From Desulfotomaculum sp. (lineage in GTDB: Bacteria; Bacillota; Desulfotomaculia; Desulfotomaculales; Desulfohalotomaculaceae), in the NCBI GenBank assembly GCA_017656165.1, contig JACDOL010000002.1, positions 700 to 64,699 on the forward strand: DNA of 64,000 bases. The letters are read 5' to 3'. The notes beneath the pieces are model-generated. The model did not search any database. It was not told where the DNA came from and worked only from the letters and a program-made list of their open reading frames with translations. The translations under genes were made by a program, and so were the position numbers. Every line of letters starts with the position of its first letter. Position 1 is the stretch's first letter. Below, one piece after another: positions 38,561-48,229 of this stretch.

Positions 38561-40111
38561 TTGTTAATTAAATTTATGGGTGCCGCCCAGGTTGTAACAG
38601 GTTCTTGTTTTTTAGTGGAAGTAGGAGGAATTAAAATACTAGTTGACTGCGGGATGTTCCAGGGACCAAAAGAATTAAAAGAACTGAACTACAGGGATTT
38701 TACTATACCCCCCGGGAGTATAGATTTTGTACTGCTTACTCATGCTCATATAGATCACAGTGGACTGCTGCCGAAACTGATAAAACACGGTTTCCGGGGG
38801 CGGGTTATTTCTACATCTGCCACAGCGGACTTATGTGAGATAATGCTTCCCGATTCGGGACATATACAAGAAATGGAGTGTGAGCGGAAGAACAGGAAGT
38901 ACCGCCGCGCTGGACGCAAGTTAATTGAGCCCATTTACACGGCAGAGGACGGTCTAAATGCCTTAAAATACTTTGAACGGGTGAAATACGGGGAAGTTAT
39001 TTCCTTAACTCCTCAGGTTGCGGTGCGTTTTTTAGATGCAGGTCATATTTTAGGTTCTTCGATAATAGAGATGTGGGTTAAAGAGGGTGAAGAAGAAACA
39101 AAGCTGGTGTTTTCTGGTGACCTTGGTAATTATAATCAACCTTTTATAAACGATCCCTCACTAATTTTTAATGCAGACTATGTTATTATGGAATGTACTT
39201 ACGGCAACAGGCTGCATAAACACAAGGCCAATAAAAAGGAGTATTTAAAGAAGGCTGTTATTGATACTTATAAAAAAGGAGGAAATTTAATCATTCCTGC
39301 TTTTGCGGTGGGGAGAACGCAGGACATTATATATGAAATAGCAGAACTGCAGAGGGAAGGCAGCATTCCGATATTACCTATCTATATTGACAGTCCCATG
39401 GCAATTAGTGCTACAGAAATTTTTAAACGTCACCCTGGTGTATATGATAACGAAACAAATCGGTTAATCAGTGAGGGCGTTCACCCGTTAAGATTAAAAA
39501 ACCTCCATTTTTCCGTTACCGCTGAGCAGTCAAAGGAACTAAACACTATGCCCGGTACGAATATAATAATATCAGCCAGCGGCATGTGTGATGCAGGTCG
39601 GATCAAACACCACCTGCGGCATAATTTGTGGCGCCCAGAATGTACAATTTTAATAGTGGGTTTTCAAGCTATGGGTACCCTGGGTAGACGGCTGGTTTCC
39701 GGTGAGAAGCTAGTACGTATTCATGGTGAAGAAGTGGCAGTTCGAGCGGAAATAAGAAATATTGACGGTTATTCAGCCCATGCAGACCAGGAGGGCCTCT
39801 TGGATTGGTTAAAACATTTTAAAAAGCCACCCAAAAGGGTATTTTTGGTTCACGGGGAAGCGGAAGCTGCACATGAATTAGCAGAGCTGATAAATGTGAA
39901 GTTAAATATACCTACTACAATACCAGAGCTAATGCAGGAATTTGTTCTGACCGCCGGGGAAGAAACCAGTATAGAAATATTACGTGAAACGTATAATAAT
40001 GTTTTACAGAAGATAGAACATTTTTTGCAGGGCGATGTAAGTCAAAGAGATTGTCAAACACTGCTGTCCCAATTAAAGGATTTAGAACGCTGGTTGGATA
40101 CTGCAATCTAA
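38561..40111 (+). CDS. MBL-fold metallo-hydrolase of the beta-CASP RNA-metabolising type
   Basis: HAHIDHSG metal motif, beta-CASP region and a C-terminal RNA-specificity-like domain (GYSAHADQ). Confidence 0.8.
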   Translation: MLIKFMGAAQVVTGSCFLVEVGGIKILVDCGMFQGPKELKELNYRDFTIPPGSIDFVLLTHAHIDHSGLLPKLIKHGFRGRVISTSATADLCEIMLPDSGHIQEMECERKNRKYRRAGRKLIEPIYTAEDGLNALKYFERVKYGEVISLTPQVAVRFLDAGHILGSSIIEMWVKEGEEETKLVFSGDLGNYNQPFINDPSLIFNADYVIMECTYGNRLHKHKANKKEYLKKAVIDTYKKGGNLIIPAFAVGRTQDIIYEIAELQREGSIPILPIYIDSPMAISATEIFKRHPGVYDNETNRLISEGVHPLRLKNLHFSVTAEQSKELNTMPGTNIIISASGMCDAGRIKHHLRHNLWRPECTILIVGFQAMGTLGRRLVSGEKLVRIHGEEVAVRAEIRNIDGYSAHADQEGLLDWLKHFKKPPKRVFLVHGEAEAAHELAELINVKLNIPTTIPELMQEFVLTAGEETSIEILRETYNNVLQKIEHFLQGDVSQRDCQTLLSQLKDLERWLDTAI

Positions 40112-40153
40112 ACAGCTGGGGATAATAAGTAAAAAGCCTGGGAGTGATGTTTT

Positions 40154-41002
40154 TTGCTGCCCATTTCTAATGAATTTGCTGCCAATACAATAAACGACAA
40201 TTTATTTATCTATACAATACCAGCTTTTACTGCCACAGGGCTGGTTGTTCATGGTTTTACCACTAGGTCCGGGGGAGTCAGTACCGGCAGTTATGAATCT
40301 TTAAACCTGGGACTGCATGTGGGAGATGAGGAAGATGCCGTTCTCAAAAACCGGCGTATTCTGTGCCGTGCCCTGGGAATTAAATTTGAACATATAGTGG
40401 CAGGACAGCAGGTGCATGGTGATAACGTTAAAATTGTAACCAAACAGCATTTAGGGTGCGGCAGTAAATCACTTGCGGATGCCCTGCCTGCGGTGGACGC
40501 TTTAATTACCAACTCCGCCGGGATACCATTAACCAGTTATTATGCTGATTGTGTACCGCTCTTTTTTTTAGATCCATTGAACAAAGCAGTGGGGCTTGCC
40601 CATGCTGGGTGGAAAGGAACAGTAAAAAAAATAGGTTCTAAAACTGTACGATGTATGAAAGCAAAATTCGGCAGCAGGCCAGAAGAACTGCTGGTTGGCA
40701 TAGGACCGTCAATTGGCCCCTGCTGCTATGCGGTTGACAGCAAAGTTATTGATCAGGTGGCAGAAAGTTTTCCAGGGTTCTGGAAAGAACTGGTTAAAGA
40801 TTGCGGTGGCGGCCAGTGGATGCTGAACTTGTGGGAGGCCAACCGGAGGGCTCTTCTGGATGAAGGGGTATTAGAAAGCAATATTACAGTGGCAAAACTG
40901 TGTACATCCTGTAATAAAGAAGACTTTTTTTCCTACCGTGCATCTGGAGGATGTACCGGGCGTATGGCATCGATTATAATGTTAAAAAAAATTGAGAGTT
41001 GA
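40154..41002 (+). CDS. pgeF: Peptidoglycan editing factor PgeF / YlmD (laccase-domain, purine nucleoside phosphorylase-like)
   Basis: TTRxGGVS, QVHG, YADCVP and HAGWKGT motifs of the DUF152/YfiH family. Confidence 0.85.
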   Translation: MLPISNEFAANTINDNLFIYTIPAFTATGLVVHGFTTRSGGVSTGSYESLNLGLHVGDEEDAVLKNRRILCRALGIKFEHIVAGQQVHGDNVKIVTKQHLGCGSKSLADALPAVDALITNSAGIPLTSYYADCVPLFFLDPLNKAVGLAHAGWKGTVKKIGSKTVRCMKAKFGSRPEELLVGIGPSIGPCCYAVDSKVIDQVAESFPGFWKELVKDCGGGQWMLNLWEANRRALLDEGVLESNITVAKLCTSCNKEDFFSYRASGGCTGRMASIIMLKKIES

Positions 41003-41036
41003 GCCCTGGGTTAGAATAATATAGGAGGGGATAATT

Positions 41037-41729
41037 GTGCCGAAGATATTGGTTGTAGATGATGAAGAAAGTATTATAGAACTGGTTAAATTTAACTTAG
41101 AACGAGAAGGTTACCAGGTTGTCACTGCAAAAGATGGTGATAAAGCTCTTAATCTAGTGCGAGAAGAAATGCCTGATTTAATAATTTTGGATGTGATGCT
41201 CCCGGGTGTTGATGGGATAACAGTTTGTAGAAATATAAACAGCAATCCAGAAACTAAAAATATTCCTATCATTATGCTTAGTGCTCGCGGTGAAGAGGTA
41301 GATAAAATATTAGGCTTAGAAATGGGGGCTGATGATTATATAACTAAGCCTTTTTCCCCGCGAGAACTGGTGGCCCGGGTTAAAGCTAGGCTGCGGCGCC
41401 AGGCTGAAGAAAATTCTTATGCCAACCGGCTATCTGTTGGCAGTCTTACTATAGATGAGGACCGTTTTACTATCAGTGTTAACGGGACAAAGCTGGATCT
41501 TACTCCAAAAGAATTCGAACTTTTACGGTTCCTGGCCAGGCATCCAGGAAAAGTGTTTACCAGGGATTTTCTCTTGGAAAAAATATGGGGATATGATTAT
41601 ACCGGGGATTCTAGGACTGTGGATGTTCATATCAGGCATATTCGTCAGAAACTTGAGCAGTTGGATGATTCCCCTCAGTTAATCGAAACTGTGCGAGGGG
41701 TAGGCTACCGGTTTAAGGAGGTAAAATAA
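41037..41729 (+). CDS. OmpR/PhoB-family response regulator (PhoP-like)
   Basis: Receiver domain (ILVVDDE, DLIILDVMLPG, KPF) plus a winged-helix output (RGVGYRF). The adjacent genes are a PhoR-like kinase and pstB-phoU. Confidence 0.85.
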   Translation: MPKILVVDDEESIIELVKFNLEREGYQVVTAKDGDKALNLVREEMPDLIILDVMLPGVDGITVCRNINSNPETKNIPIIMLSARGEEVDKILGLEMGADDYITKPFSPRELVARVKARLRRQAEENSYANRLSVGSLTIDEDRFTISVNGTKLDLTPKEFELLRFLARHPGKVFTRDFLLEKIWGYDYTGDSRTVDVHIRHIRQKLEQLDDSPQLIETVRGVGYRFKEVK

Positions 41730-41733
41730 AGCT

Positions 41734-43095
41734 TTGAAAATAGGCATTAAAAGTCGTACTATTGCCAGTTATCTTTCCTTACTGCTGCTTTTTATAATAG
41801 TAATACTGTTTTATGCATATAAATACATTTCCTTACCCGTAGCCATTCTATTGGCTGCTTTCGGTACAGGCACAATAACTTATTTAACACTGGCCCGTTT
41901 AATAAGACCCCTGGAGGAAATTACCCATACAGCCTATGAGATGGCCGGTGGTATTTTAAAAAAGGAAATTATGATTCAGGCCGATGATGAGATTGATGAG
42001 CTGGCTTCCAGTATTAACGTAATGGCCCGGCAGCTGCGTAAGAACATGGTAATGATGGCGGAGGAGCGAAACCGGGCAAAGGCTATTTTAAACAGCATGG
42101 GAGAAGGTGTCATTGCTCTAGATCCTGAAAGCAGGGTGATCATGCTTAATCCTGCCTTAGAAGAAAAATTTGCTGTCAAGGCTAAAAATAGTTTAGGTAA
42201 AAAGATAATTGAAGTTATACGCAATTATGAGCTCGACCAGCTGCTGCAGGAAGTATTAAAAAGTAAGCAGCCCAAAAGCAAGGAAATAAAGATAATTAAA
42301 CCAAACCCTGTAATTCTGAAGGTGCATGCCACACCTTTAATTACTAATGATAGTTCTCCATCTGGGGTGGTAGCACTGATGCGCGATATTACTGAAAGGC
42401 GCCAGTTGGAAAAAATGCGTACTGATTTTGTGGCCAATGTATCCCATGAACTCCGAACACCGCTTACTTCTATAAATGGTTTTTTGGAAACTTTATTAGA
42501 TGGTGCCTTGGAAGATAAAGATACAGCCTGGCACTTTTTGTCCATTATGAAAAAAGAAACAGACAGGTTGAGCAGGTTGATAGATGATTTGCTTAAATTA
42601 TCTCAGTTAGAAAACAACCAAGCTGCCTGGGAGAAACATCCTGTTGACATGGCCAGGTGTATTAATCAAGTTAAGGAAATGTTTGAATACCAGGCAGAAG
42701 CCAAAAATATTAAATTAACTGTAGATATTCCCAAGGACCTCCCTGCAGTGCTAGGGAAAAAAGACCTATTAATTCAGGTGCTTGTTAACCTGGTGGACAA
42801 TGCTATAAAATATTCCCCTGAAAAAGGGAAAGTAAAGATTTCTGCCAGCGCAGATGAGGATAATTTGATAGTATCAGTAAGTGATACTGGTCCGGGTATT
42901 CCGCAGGAGCATTTACCCAGAATATTTGAACGCTTTTACAGGGTGGATAAGGCCAGGTCCAGGGAGGTAGGAGGTACAGGTTTGGGCTTGGCCATTGTAA
43001 AACATGTATTAGAACTGCATAATGGTGAAGTATCTGTAAAGAGTTCTCCTAAAGGTACAACATTTTCTTTTATTTTACCCCTTAAGAAGAACTGA
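41734..43095 (+). CDS. Sensor histidine kinase, PhoR-like (TM-HAMP-PAS-HisKA-HATPase)
   Basis: H-box SHELRTPLTSI, N-box LVDNAIKYS and G-boxes DTGPGI and GGTGLGLAIV. Confidence 0.85.
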   Translation: MKIGIKSRTIASYLSLLLLFIIVILFYAYKYISLPVAILLAAFGTGTITYLTLARLIRPLEEITHTAYEMAGGILKKEIMIQADDEIDELASSINVMARQLRKNMVMMAEERNRAKAILNSMGEGVIALDPESRVIMLNPALEEKFAVKAKNSLGKKIIEVIRNYELDQLLQEVLKSKQPKSKEIKIIKPNPVILKVHATPLITNDSSPSGVVALMRDITERRQLEKMRTDFVANVSHELRTPLTSINGFLETLLDGALEDKDTAWHFLSIMKKETDRLSRLIDDLLKLSQLENNQAAWEKHPVDMARCINQVKEMFEYQAEAKNIKLTVDIPKDLPAVLGKKDLLIQVLVNLVDNAIKYSPEKGKVKISASADEDNLIVSVSDTGPGIPQEHLPRIFERFYRVDKARSREVGGTGLGLAIVKHVLELHNGEVSVKSSPKGTTFSFILPLKKN

Positions 43096-43097
43096 TA

Positions 43098-43136
43098 TTA
43101 ACACAAAGTTAATTAAAAATAAACATTTATATAAAA
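43098..43136 (+). promoter_or_regulatory. Candidate Pho box array (PhoP-type direct repeats)
   Basis: TTAACA-caaag-TTAATT-aaaaa-TAAACA-tttat-ATAAAA gives four hexamers at 11-bp phasing. This resembles the TT(A/T/C)ACA-N5 repeats bound by Bacillus PhoP. The array is upstream of pstB. Confidence 0.45.
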
Positions 43137-43300
43137 ACTGGTTGATAGAATTTCTATCGTTGAAAGGTACTATTATTGCTGAAAACTGCTGTGTCAGGAT
43201 ATTATAATTATTATCTTCTAACTTATTAAAGGAATTGATACAGTAAAGGTTTTACTGACTGCGGTATTTTAACTGTTGGCTAGGTAAGGAGGCCTTCAAT

Positions 43301-44059
43301 TTGAATAAAGTAAAAATCTCAGTACTGAATTTAAACCTATTTTATAAAGATTTTCAAGCATTAAAGGAAGTAAGCCTGGATGTATTGGAAAACCATGTTA
43401 CTGCTTTAATTGGCCCTTCTGGCTGTGGTAAATCTACATTTCTGCGCACCTTAAACCGGATGAATGATTTAATAGAAGGTGTCCGGGTAGAAGGAAAAGT
43501 TGAGCTGGATGGTGTAGATATTTACAGTCCTGACATTGATGTAGTTAACCTGCGAAAAAGAGTGGGAATGGTGTTTCAAAAGCCAAATCCTTTTCCTATG
43601 TCAGTATATGACAATATTGCTTATGGTCCCCGCATCCACGGCATAAAAAATAAACAAAAACTGGATGAGATTGTAGAAAAAAGTTTACGAGGGGCAGCGC
43701 TGTGGGACGAAGTACATGACCGGTTGTATAAATCTGCCCTGGGTTTATCCGGTGGACAGCAGCAGCGCTTATGTATTGCCAGGCTTCTGGCAGTGGAGCC
43801 GGAAGTTTTGCTGATGGACGAACCTACTTCTGCTCTTGACCCGGTTTCGACCTTAAAAATAGAGGAATTAATTAGGAATTTGAAGGAAAATTATACAATT
43901 ATAATTGTTACCCATAACATGCAGCAGGCTGCCAGGGTTTCCGATACCACAGCCTTCTTTTTAAACGGCGAACTGGTAGAATCCGGAGATACAGATGTAA
44001 TATTTACCATGCCTAAAGATAAACGAACAGAAGATTATATTACCGGTAGATTTGGATAG
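43301..44059 (+). CDS. pstB: Phosphate ABC transporter ATP-binding protein PstB
   Basis: GPSGCGKST Walker [10 protein letters not shown] signature and [11 protein letters not shown] Walker B. The overall PstB-type N-terminus is present. Confidence 0.9.
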   Translation: MNKVKISVLNLNLFYKDFQALKEVSLDVLENHVTALIGPSGCGKSTFLRTLNRMNDLIEGVRVEGKVELDGVDIYSPDIDVVNLRKRVGMVFQKPNPFPMSVYDNIAYGPRIHGIKNKQKLDEIVEKSLRGAALWDEVHDRLYKSALGLSGGQQQRLCIARLLAVEPEVLLMDEPTSALDPVSTLKIEELIRNLKENYTIIIVTHNMQQAARVSDTTAFFLNGELVESGDTDVIFTMPKDKRTEDYITGRFG

Positions 44060-44082
44060 GATTTTTAGTGGGGGTAAAAATA

Positions 44083-44739
44083 ATGACAGTCAGGAGTAAT
44101 TTTGAAAAATCGCTAATAGAAATTCAGCAGGATATTTTGAGAATGGCCAGCCTTGTAGAAGAATCTATTTACAATTCCATGCAGTCATTAAATAACCAGG
44201 ATGTTGTATTGGCCGCAAAGGTTATCGAAGGTGATGATGTAATTGATGAATTAAAAGAAGAAATTGAAAATAAATGCATCACTCTAATTGCTACCCAGCA
44301 GCCGATGGCTAAAGATTTGCGGGTAGTTATAACTGGTATAAAAATTTTAGTCAGCTTGGAACGGATTGGTGACCATGCAGTGGATATTGCTCGAACTACC
44401 ATGTGCCTGGCAGATAAAAAATTAATTAAACCACTGGTTACACTTACACATATGGCCAACCTAGTACAGGAAATGGTTAAAGATGGTCTTGATGCTTATG
44501 TTCATGGTGATGTGGTAAAAGCACGCCAGATGTGTGACAACGATGATGAGGTAGATGACCTGTATCACCAGGTCTTTAGAGAAATAATTTCTTTTATGAA
44601 GAAAGACCCGGAGACCGTTAGCCAGGCTACTTACCTGCTGTTTGTAAGCAGATTTTTAGAGCGTATTGGTGACCATGCCACCAATATTGGAGAAAATATA
44701 ATTTACCTGGTTACCGGGGAAAAGGAAGAACTAAATTAA
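44083..44739 (+). CDS. phoU: Phosphate signalling complex protein PhoU
   Basis: Two PhoU repeats with E(R)IGDHA motifs. ATG 44083 is preferred. Confidence 0.88.
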   Translation: MTVRSNFEKSLIEIQQDILRMASLVEESIYNSMQSLNNQDVVLAAKVIEGDDVIDELKEEIENKCITLIATQQPMAKDLRVVITGIKILVSLERIGDHAVDIARTTMCLADKKLIKPLVTLTHMANLVQEMVKDGLDAYVHGDVVKARQMCDNDDEVDDLYHQVFREIISFMKKDPETVSQATYLLFVSRFLERIGDHATNIGENIIYLVTGEKEELN

Positions 44740-44774
44740 TTTTAAAAATAAATTACAGGTTAAATATGCTTTTG

Positions 44775-44807
44775 AAATCTGCCTTGAAAAGGCAGATTTT
44801 GTTTTTA
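44775..44807 (+). terminator. Rho-independent terminator after phoU
   Basis: AAATCTGCC-ttgaaaa-GGCAGATTT stem followed by TGTTTTT. Confidence 0.75.
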
Positions 44808-44812
44808 CATTA

Positions 44813-44857
44813 TTAGATAGTTTGAGTCATGGGCGGTAGTAAGTCCGAATGTTTTTT
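44813..44857 (+). repeat. Intergenic repeat family, degenerate copy (left edge TTAGATAG plus module D only)
   Basis: TTAGATAG matches the left edges at 53211 and 30323. GGCGGTAGTAAGTCCGAATGTTTTTT matches about 20 of 26 nt of module D at 54465-54490. Confidence 0.4.
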
Positions 44858-44999
44858 AGCATCTATGTATTTTTGTAGGCCTTAAGCAAAGGGTTAGACT
44901 TTGAGAAAAGGAGTTTGAAAAATCAGCGTCGAATAAGTTTTTTATTATATCTAAATAATGGAATAGTACAAACACCATTTTTAGGGTGGGGAGAAATGA

Positions 45000-45956
45000 T
45001 TGCGAGCTAAAACGTTAAAGGCACGCAAAAAGAAACTTTTGATAACTGCTGTTATTATATTAGCACTGCTTTCAATTTTAGTCTGGATAACAGCTGGGAT
45101 AACCCGGCCGCTGCTGCTGAGTTATTTAGTTAAAGTAGATACTCTTGAACAAAGTATCGTTAGCAAAGAAATATTGGCTGCTGGTCTGCTTATAAAAAAA
45201 GAAACCCTGCTTAGAAGTCCTACCAATGGAAGTTTAGAACTGCTGATCAAAGATGGTGAGCGTGTACCGGCAGGTACAGCTGTAGCCAAAATAAGTAATA
45301 CCAGCCTTTCCTCACCTGCTGGGTCTTTGGGAAAATTAATTTATGCTCCTAAAGCAGGGATAGCCTGTACTCATATTGATGGTTTAGAAGAAGTATTAAC
45401 TCCAGATAACATAAATGTATTAGAACTGTCCCAAATTCATACAATAAAAGCTGATTTAACCAGTAATAAAAGAACTGTGAACAAGAGTCAACCGGTAGTT
45501 AAATTAATCGATAATCTTGAGCCTTTAATAATACGCCTTGAATTTGATGATAAAATGCTGCCGGCGGAAAATATTAAAAAAGGGAATAAATTAAAACTTA
45601 AATACAGGAATTACTTTTTAACAGGCCGTATTATGAAATGTCAAATCACTAAAGGTATGCAGTTAGTGGTTTTGGCCGTGCAAAAATATCCTAACGAAAT
45701 TCTTCACTTGCGAGAAATTAATTTTTCAGTATTAAGTGAAGAACTTGCTGGCTTATTAGTTCCGGAGGGAGCTCTTGTGTATCGAGAAAATCATCCCGGT
45801 ATATATAGAATACATAATAAGAGAGTTATATGGGTTCCAGTGCAAATTCAGGGAAAACTTGAAGGGAAAGCTGCGGTTAAAGGCAGTGCTTTAACAAATG
45901 GTGTACGCTATGTATTAAATCCTGAATTGGTAAAAGAAGGAGATTTAATTTTATAA
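45000..45956 (+). CDS. HlyD-family (membrane fusion protein-like) protein with an N-terminal TM anchor
   Basis: TM helix, a barrel-sandwich motif (SPTNGSLELLIKDGERVPAGTAVAKI) and a beta-barrel-like C-terminus. TTG start. Confidence 0.55.
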   Translation: MRAKTLKARKKKLLITAVIILALLSILVWITAGITRPLLLSYLVKVDTLEQSIVSKEILAAGLLIKKETLLRSPTNGSLELLIKDGERVPAGTAVAKISNTSLSSPAGSLGKLIYAPKAGIACTHIDGLEEVLTPDNINVLELSQIHTIKADLTSNKRTVNKSQPVVKLIDNLEPLIIRLEFDDKMLPAENIKKGNKLKLKYRNYFLTGRIMKCQITKGMQLVVLAVQKYPNEILHLREINFSVLSEELAGLLVPEGALVYRENHPGIYRIHNKRVIWVPVQIQGKLEGKAAVKGSALTNGVRYVLNPELVKEGDLIL

Positions 45957-45963
45957 GGAGCGG

Positions 45964-46656
45964 TTGACCATGATGGATGTTGATGTGGCTGCAAATTTGA
46001 AATCTGTAATAGAACGGATAAGAAAAGCTGAACTGCGCAGCGGTAGAAATCCCGGGTCAGTAAAACTTGTGGCAGTAACTAAAAAAGTGCCTGTGGAGAG
46101 CATTACAAAGGTTATTAATGAGGGAATTTCAGACTTGGGAGAGAATAGAGTCCAGGAACTAATAAAAAAACAGGAGCAGCTGCCTGACGTGAAATGGCAC
46201 CTTATTGGCAGTTTACAAACCAATAAAGTAAAATACGTTTTGGGTAAAACTGTGCTAATCCATTCCTTAGATAGATGGAGATTAGCAGAAACAATAAGCC
46301 GTATGGCTGTAAAAAAGGGACTAACGGCCGATGTGCTTGTTCAGGTTAATGTTTCAGGCGAAGAGACAAAGCACGGTTTATTACCTGAAGAAGTAGAAGA
46401 TTTTGTCAGTGAAGCAGTGAAACTGCCCGGCCTTAACATTAAGGGCCTAATGACAATGGCGCCTTTTGTGGATAACCCTGAAGAAGTTCGCCCTATTTTT
46501 AAAGAACTGTATAAAATTAAACAGAAGCTGGCCGCAAAATGGCCCGGTATTAGGCTTCTTTCGATGGGAATGACCAATGATTTTGAAATTGCTGTAGAGG
46601 AAGGGGCGGATTTAGTTAGGATAGGCAGTGCAATATTCCGGGGTAACACAGGTTAG
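45964..46656 (+). CDS. PLP-binding protein YggS/YlmE
   Basis: VKLVAVTK (PLP lysine), GENRVQE, WHxIGxLQxNK and RIGSAIF motifs. Confidence 0.9.
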   Translation: MTMMDVDVAANLKSVIERIRKAELRSGRNPGSVKLVAVTKKVPVESITKVINEGISDLGENRVQELIKKQEQLPDVKWHLIGSLQTNKVKYVLGKTVLIHSLDRWRLAETISRMAVKKGLTADVLVQVNVSGEETKHGLLPEEVEDFVSEAVKLPGLNIKGLMTMAPFVDNPEEVRPIFKELYKIKQKLAAKWPGIRLLSMGMTNDFEIAVEEGADLVRIGSAIFRGNTG

Positions 46657-46676
46657 TCCGGTAAGGAGGGTATATT

Positions 46677-47105
46677 ATGGGTAAATTTTTTGACAAAATG
46701 ATGGGGATTATGGGGTTCGAAGAAGAGGAAGTTTTTGATGAAGAAATAGAAGGCGGCCTGCAGGAAGACAGCAAATTAAACAAGCGCAAAGGTACAGTGG
46801 TCAGCCTACATACTCAAAGGCAGATTCAGGTAGTGCTGGCGGAACCATCATCCTATGAAGAAGTGCAGAATATTGCTGATAACTTAAAAAACCATAGACC
46901 AGTGATAGTAAATTTAGAAAATGCCGATACCGACATTGCCCGCAGAGTAGTGGATTTTATGAGTGGTACTACTTACGCATTAAATGGAAGTATGCAGAAG
47001 GTTGGAAAAAATATTTTTCTTTTTGTACCGAACAACATTGATATAGCTAATGAACTTAAAGAACAAGTGCGTGAGAAAGGTATCTTTTCAATTTTTCAGT
47101 CATAG
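46677..47105 (+). CDS. sepF: Cell division protein SepF
   Basis: N-terminal amphipathic MGxFxKxMxxMG and the C-terminal SepF domain (VVLxEPxSYEExQxIADxLKxxxPVIVNL). Confidence 0.88.
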   Translation: MGKFFDKMMGIMGFEEEEVFDEEIEGGLQEDSKLNKRKGTVVSLHTQRQIQVVLAEPSSYEEVQNIADNLKNHRPVIVNLENADTDIARRVVDFMSGTTYALNGSMQKVGKNIFLFVPNNIDIANELKEQVREKGIFSIFQS

Positions 47106-47129
47106 CTTAATAAATAGGGGGAGATTAGG

Positions 47130-47951
47130 ATGCCGCTCAAGGGGCAGGCAATTGGCTTTATTGGCGGGGGTGTTATGGCTGAGGCTCTGATAGAAGGAAT
47201 AATTAAGAGCGAGCTTGTTCCTGCTGAAAAAATATATGTCAGTGACCCGGACATGGAACGCCTGTCAATATTACAAGAAAAAAACAAAGTAAATACCACT
47301 GAAAATAATGTTCAATTAGTTCAAACTGCTGATATATTAGTTATTGCAGTAAAGCCACAGGTGCTGCCGGAAGTGTTGGCAGAAATAAAGCCTTACATTA
47401 ATAGGAAACACTGGATAATTACGTTTGCAGCAGGAATACCCACCAGGTACATAGAAAATAAACTGGGCAATGTACCGGTGGTGCGGGTAATGACCAATAC
47501 TGCCTGCCTGGTGTCAGAAGGTGCCAGCGCTGTTGCTTGTGGTTCATACGCTGGCAAAGAGCATGAAAGTATGTGTGCAGCCATATTTAATTCGGTAGGG
47601 AAAGTTGTAACCGTAAAAGAAGAGCTGCTGGATGCTGTAACAGGTTTATCTGGCAGTGGACCTGCATATATGTATGTTATCATGGAAGCAATGATAGATG
47701 CTGGGGTACGGGTAGGTTTACCCCGGAAAATTGCCACAGAACTAACTGTTCAAACAATGCTGGGTGCAGCCAGGATGGCACTGGAAACCGGCAAGCACCC
47801 TGGGCGGCTCAAAGATATGGTAACAACACCCGGGGGAACTACAGCGGCAGGTATGTATGAGCTGGAAGACGGTGGCTTAAGGGTTACTTTGATGAATGCT
47901 GTTATGGCTGCCACAGAACAATCTAAGCATATGTCAGAAAGGTTAAATTAA
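47130..47951 (+). CDS. proC: Pyrroline-5-carboxylate reductase ProC
   Basis: IGFIGGGxMAEA Rossmann motif and the C-terminal TTPGGTT motif. Confidence 0.9.
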   Translation: MPLKGQAIGFIGGGVMAEALIEGIIKSELVPAEKIYVSDPDMERLSILQEKNKVNTTENNVQLVQTADILVIAVKPQVLPEVLAEIKPYINRKHWIITFAAGIPTRYIENKLGNVPVVRVMTNTACLVSEGASAVACGSYAGKEHESMCAAIFNSVGKVVTVKEELLDAVTGLSGSGPAYMYVIMEAMIDAGVRVGLPRKIATELTVQTMLGAARMALETGKHPGRLKDMVTTPGGTTAAGMYELEDGGLRVTLMNAVMAATEQSKHMSERLN

Positions 47952-47962
47952 GAGGTGAAGTA

Positions 47963-48229
47963 ATGTTTATTATTTATGATGCTGTGGATGTTGCGTTTGA
48001 GGTATATAAATTTATACTTATTGCCCGGATAATTCTATCCTTTGTTAAGCACAACCCATACAACCCGGTGATTAGATTTATATATGACCTATCAGAACCT
48101 TATCTGGGAATTTTCCGGCGTGTTATACCTCCGGTAGGAATGATAGATTTTTCACCTATAGCAGCATTTTTTACTTTAAGCATAATCCAATATTGGATAG
48201 TACTGCCTTTAGTGAGGGCGATTTTCTAA
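47963..48229 (+). CDS. YggT family membrane protein
   Basis: An 88-aa two-TM protein with the YggT signature (EPxLxPxRRxIPPxGxIDxSP). Confidence 0.85.
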   Translation: MFIIYDAVDVAFEVYKFILIARIILSFVKHNPYNPVIRFIYDLSEPYLGIFRRVIPPVGMIDFSPIAAFFTLSIIQYWIVLPLVRAIF

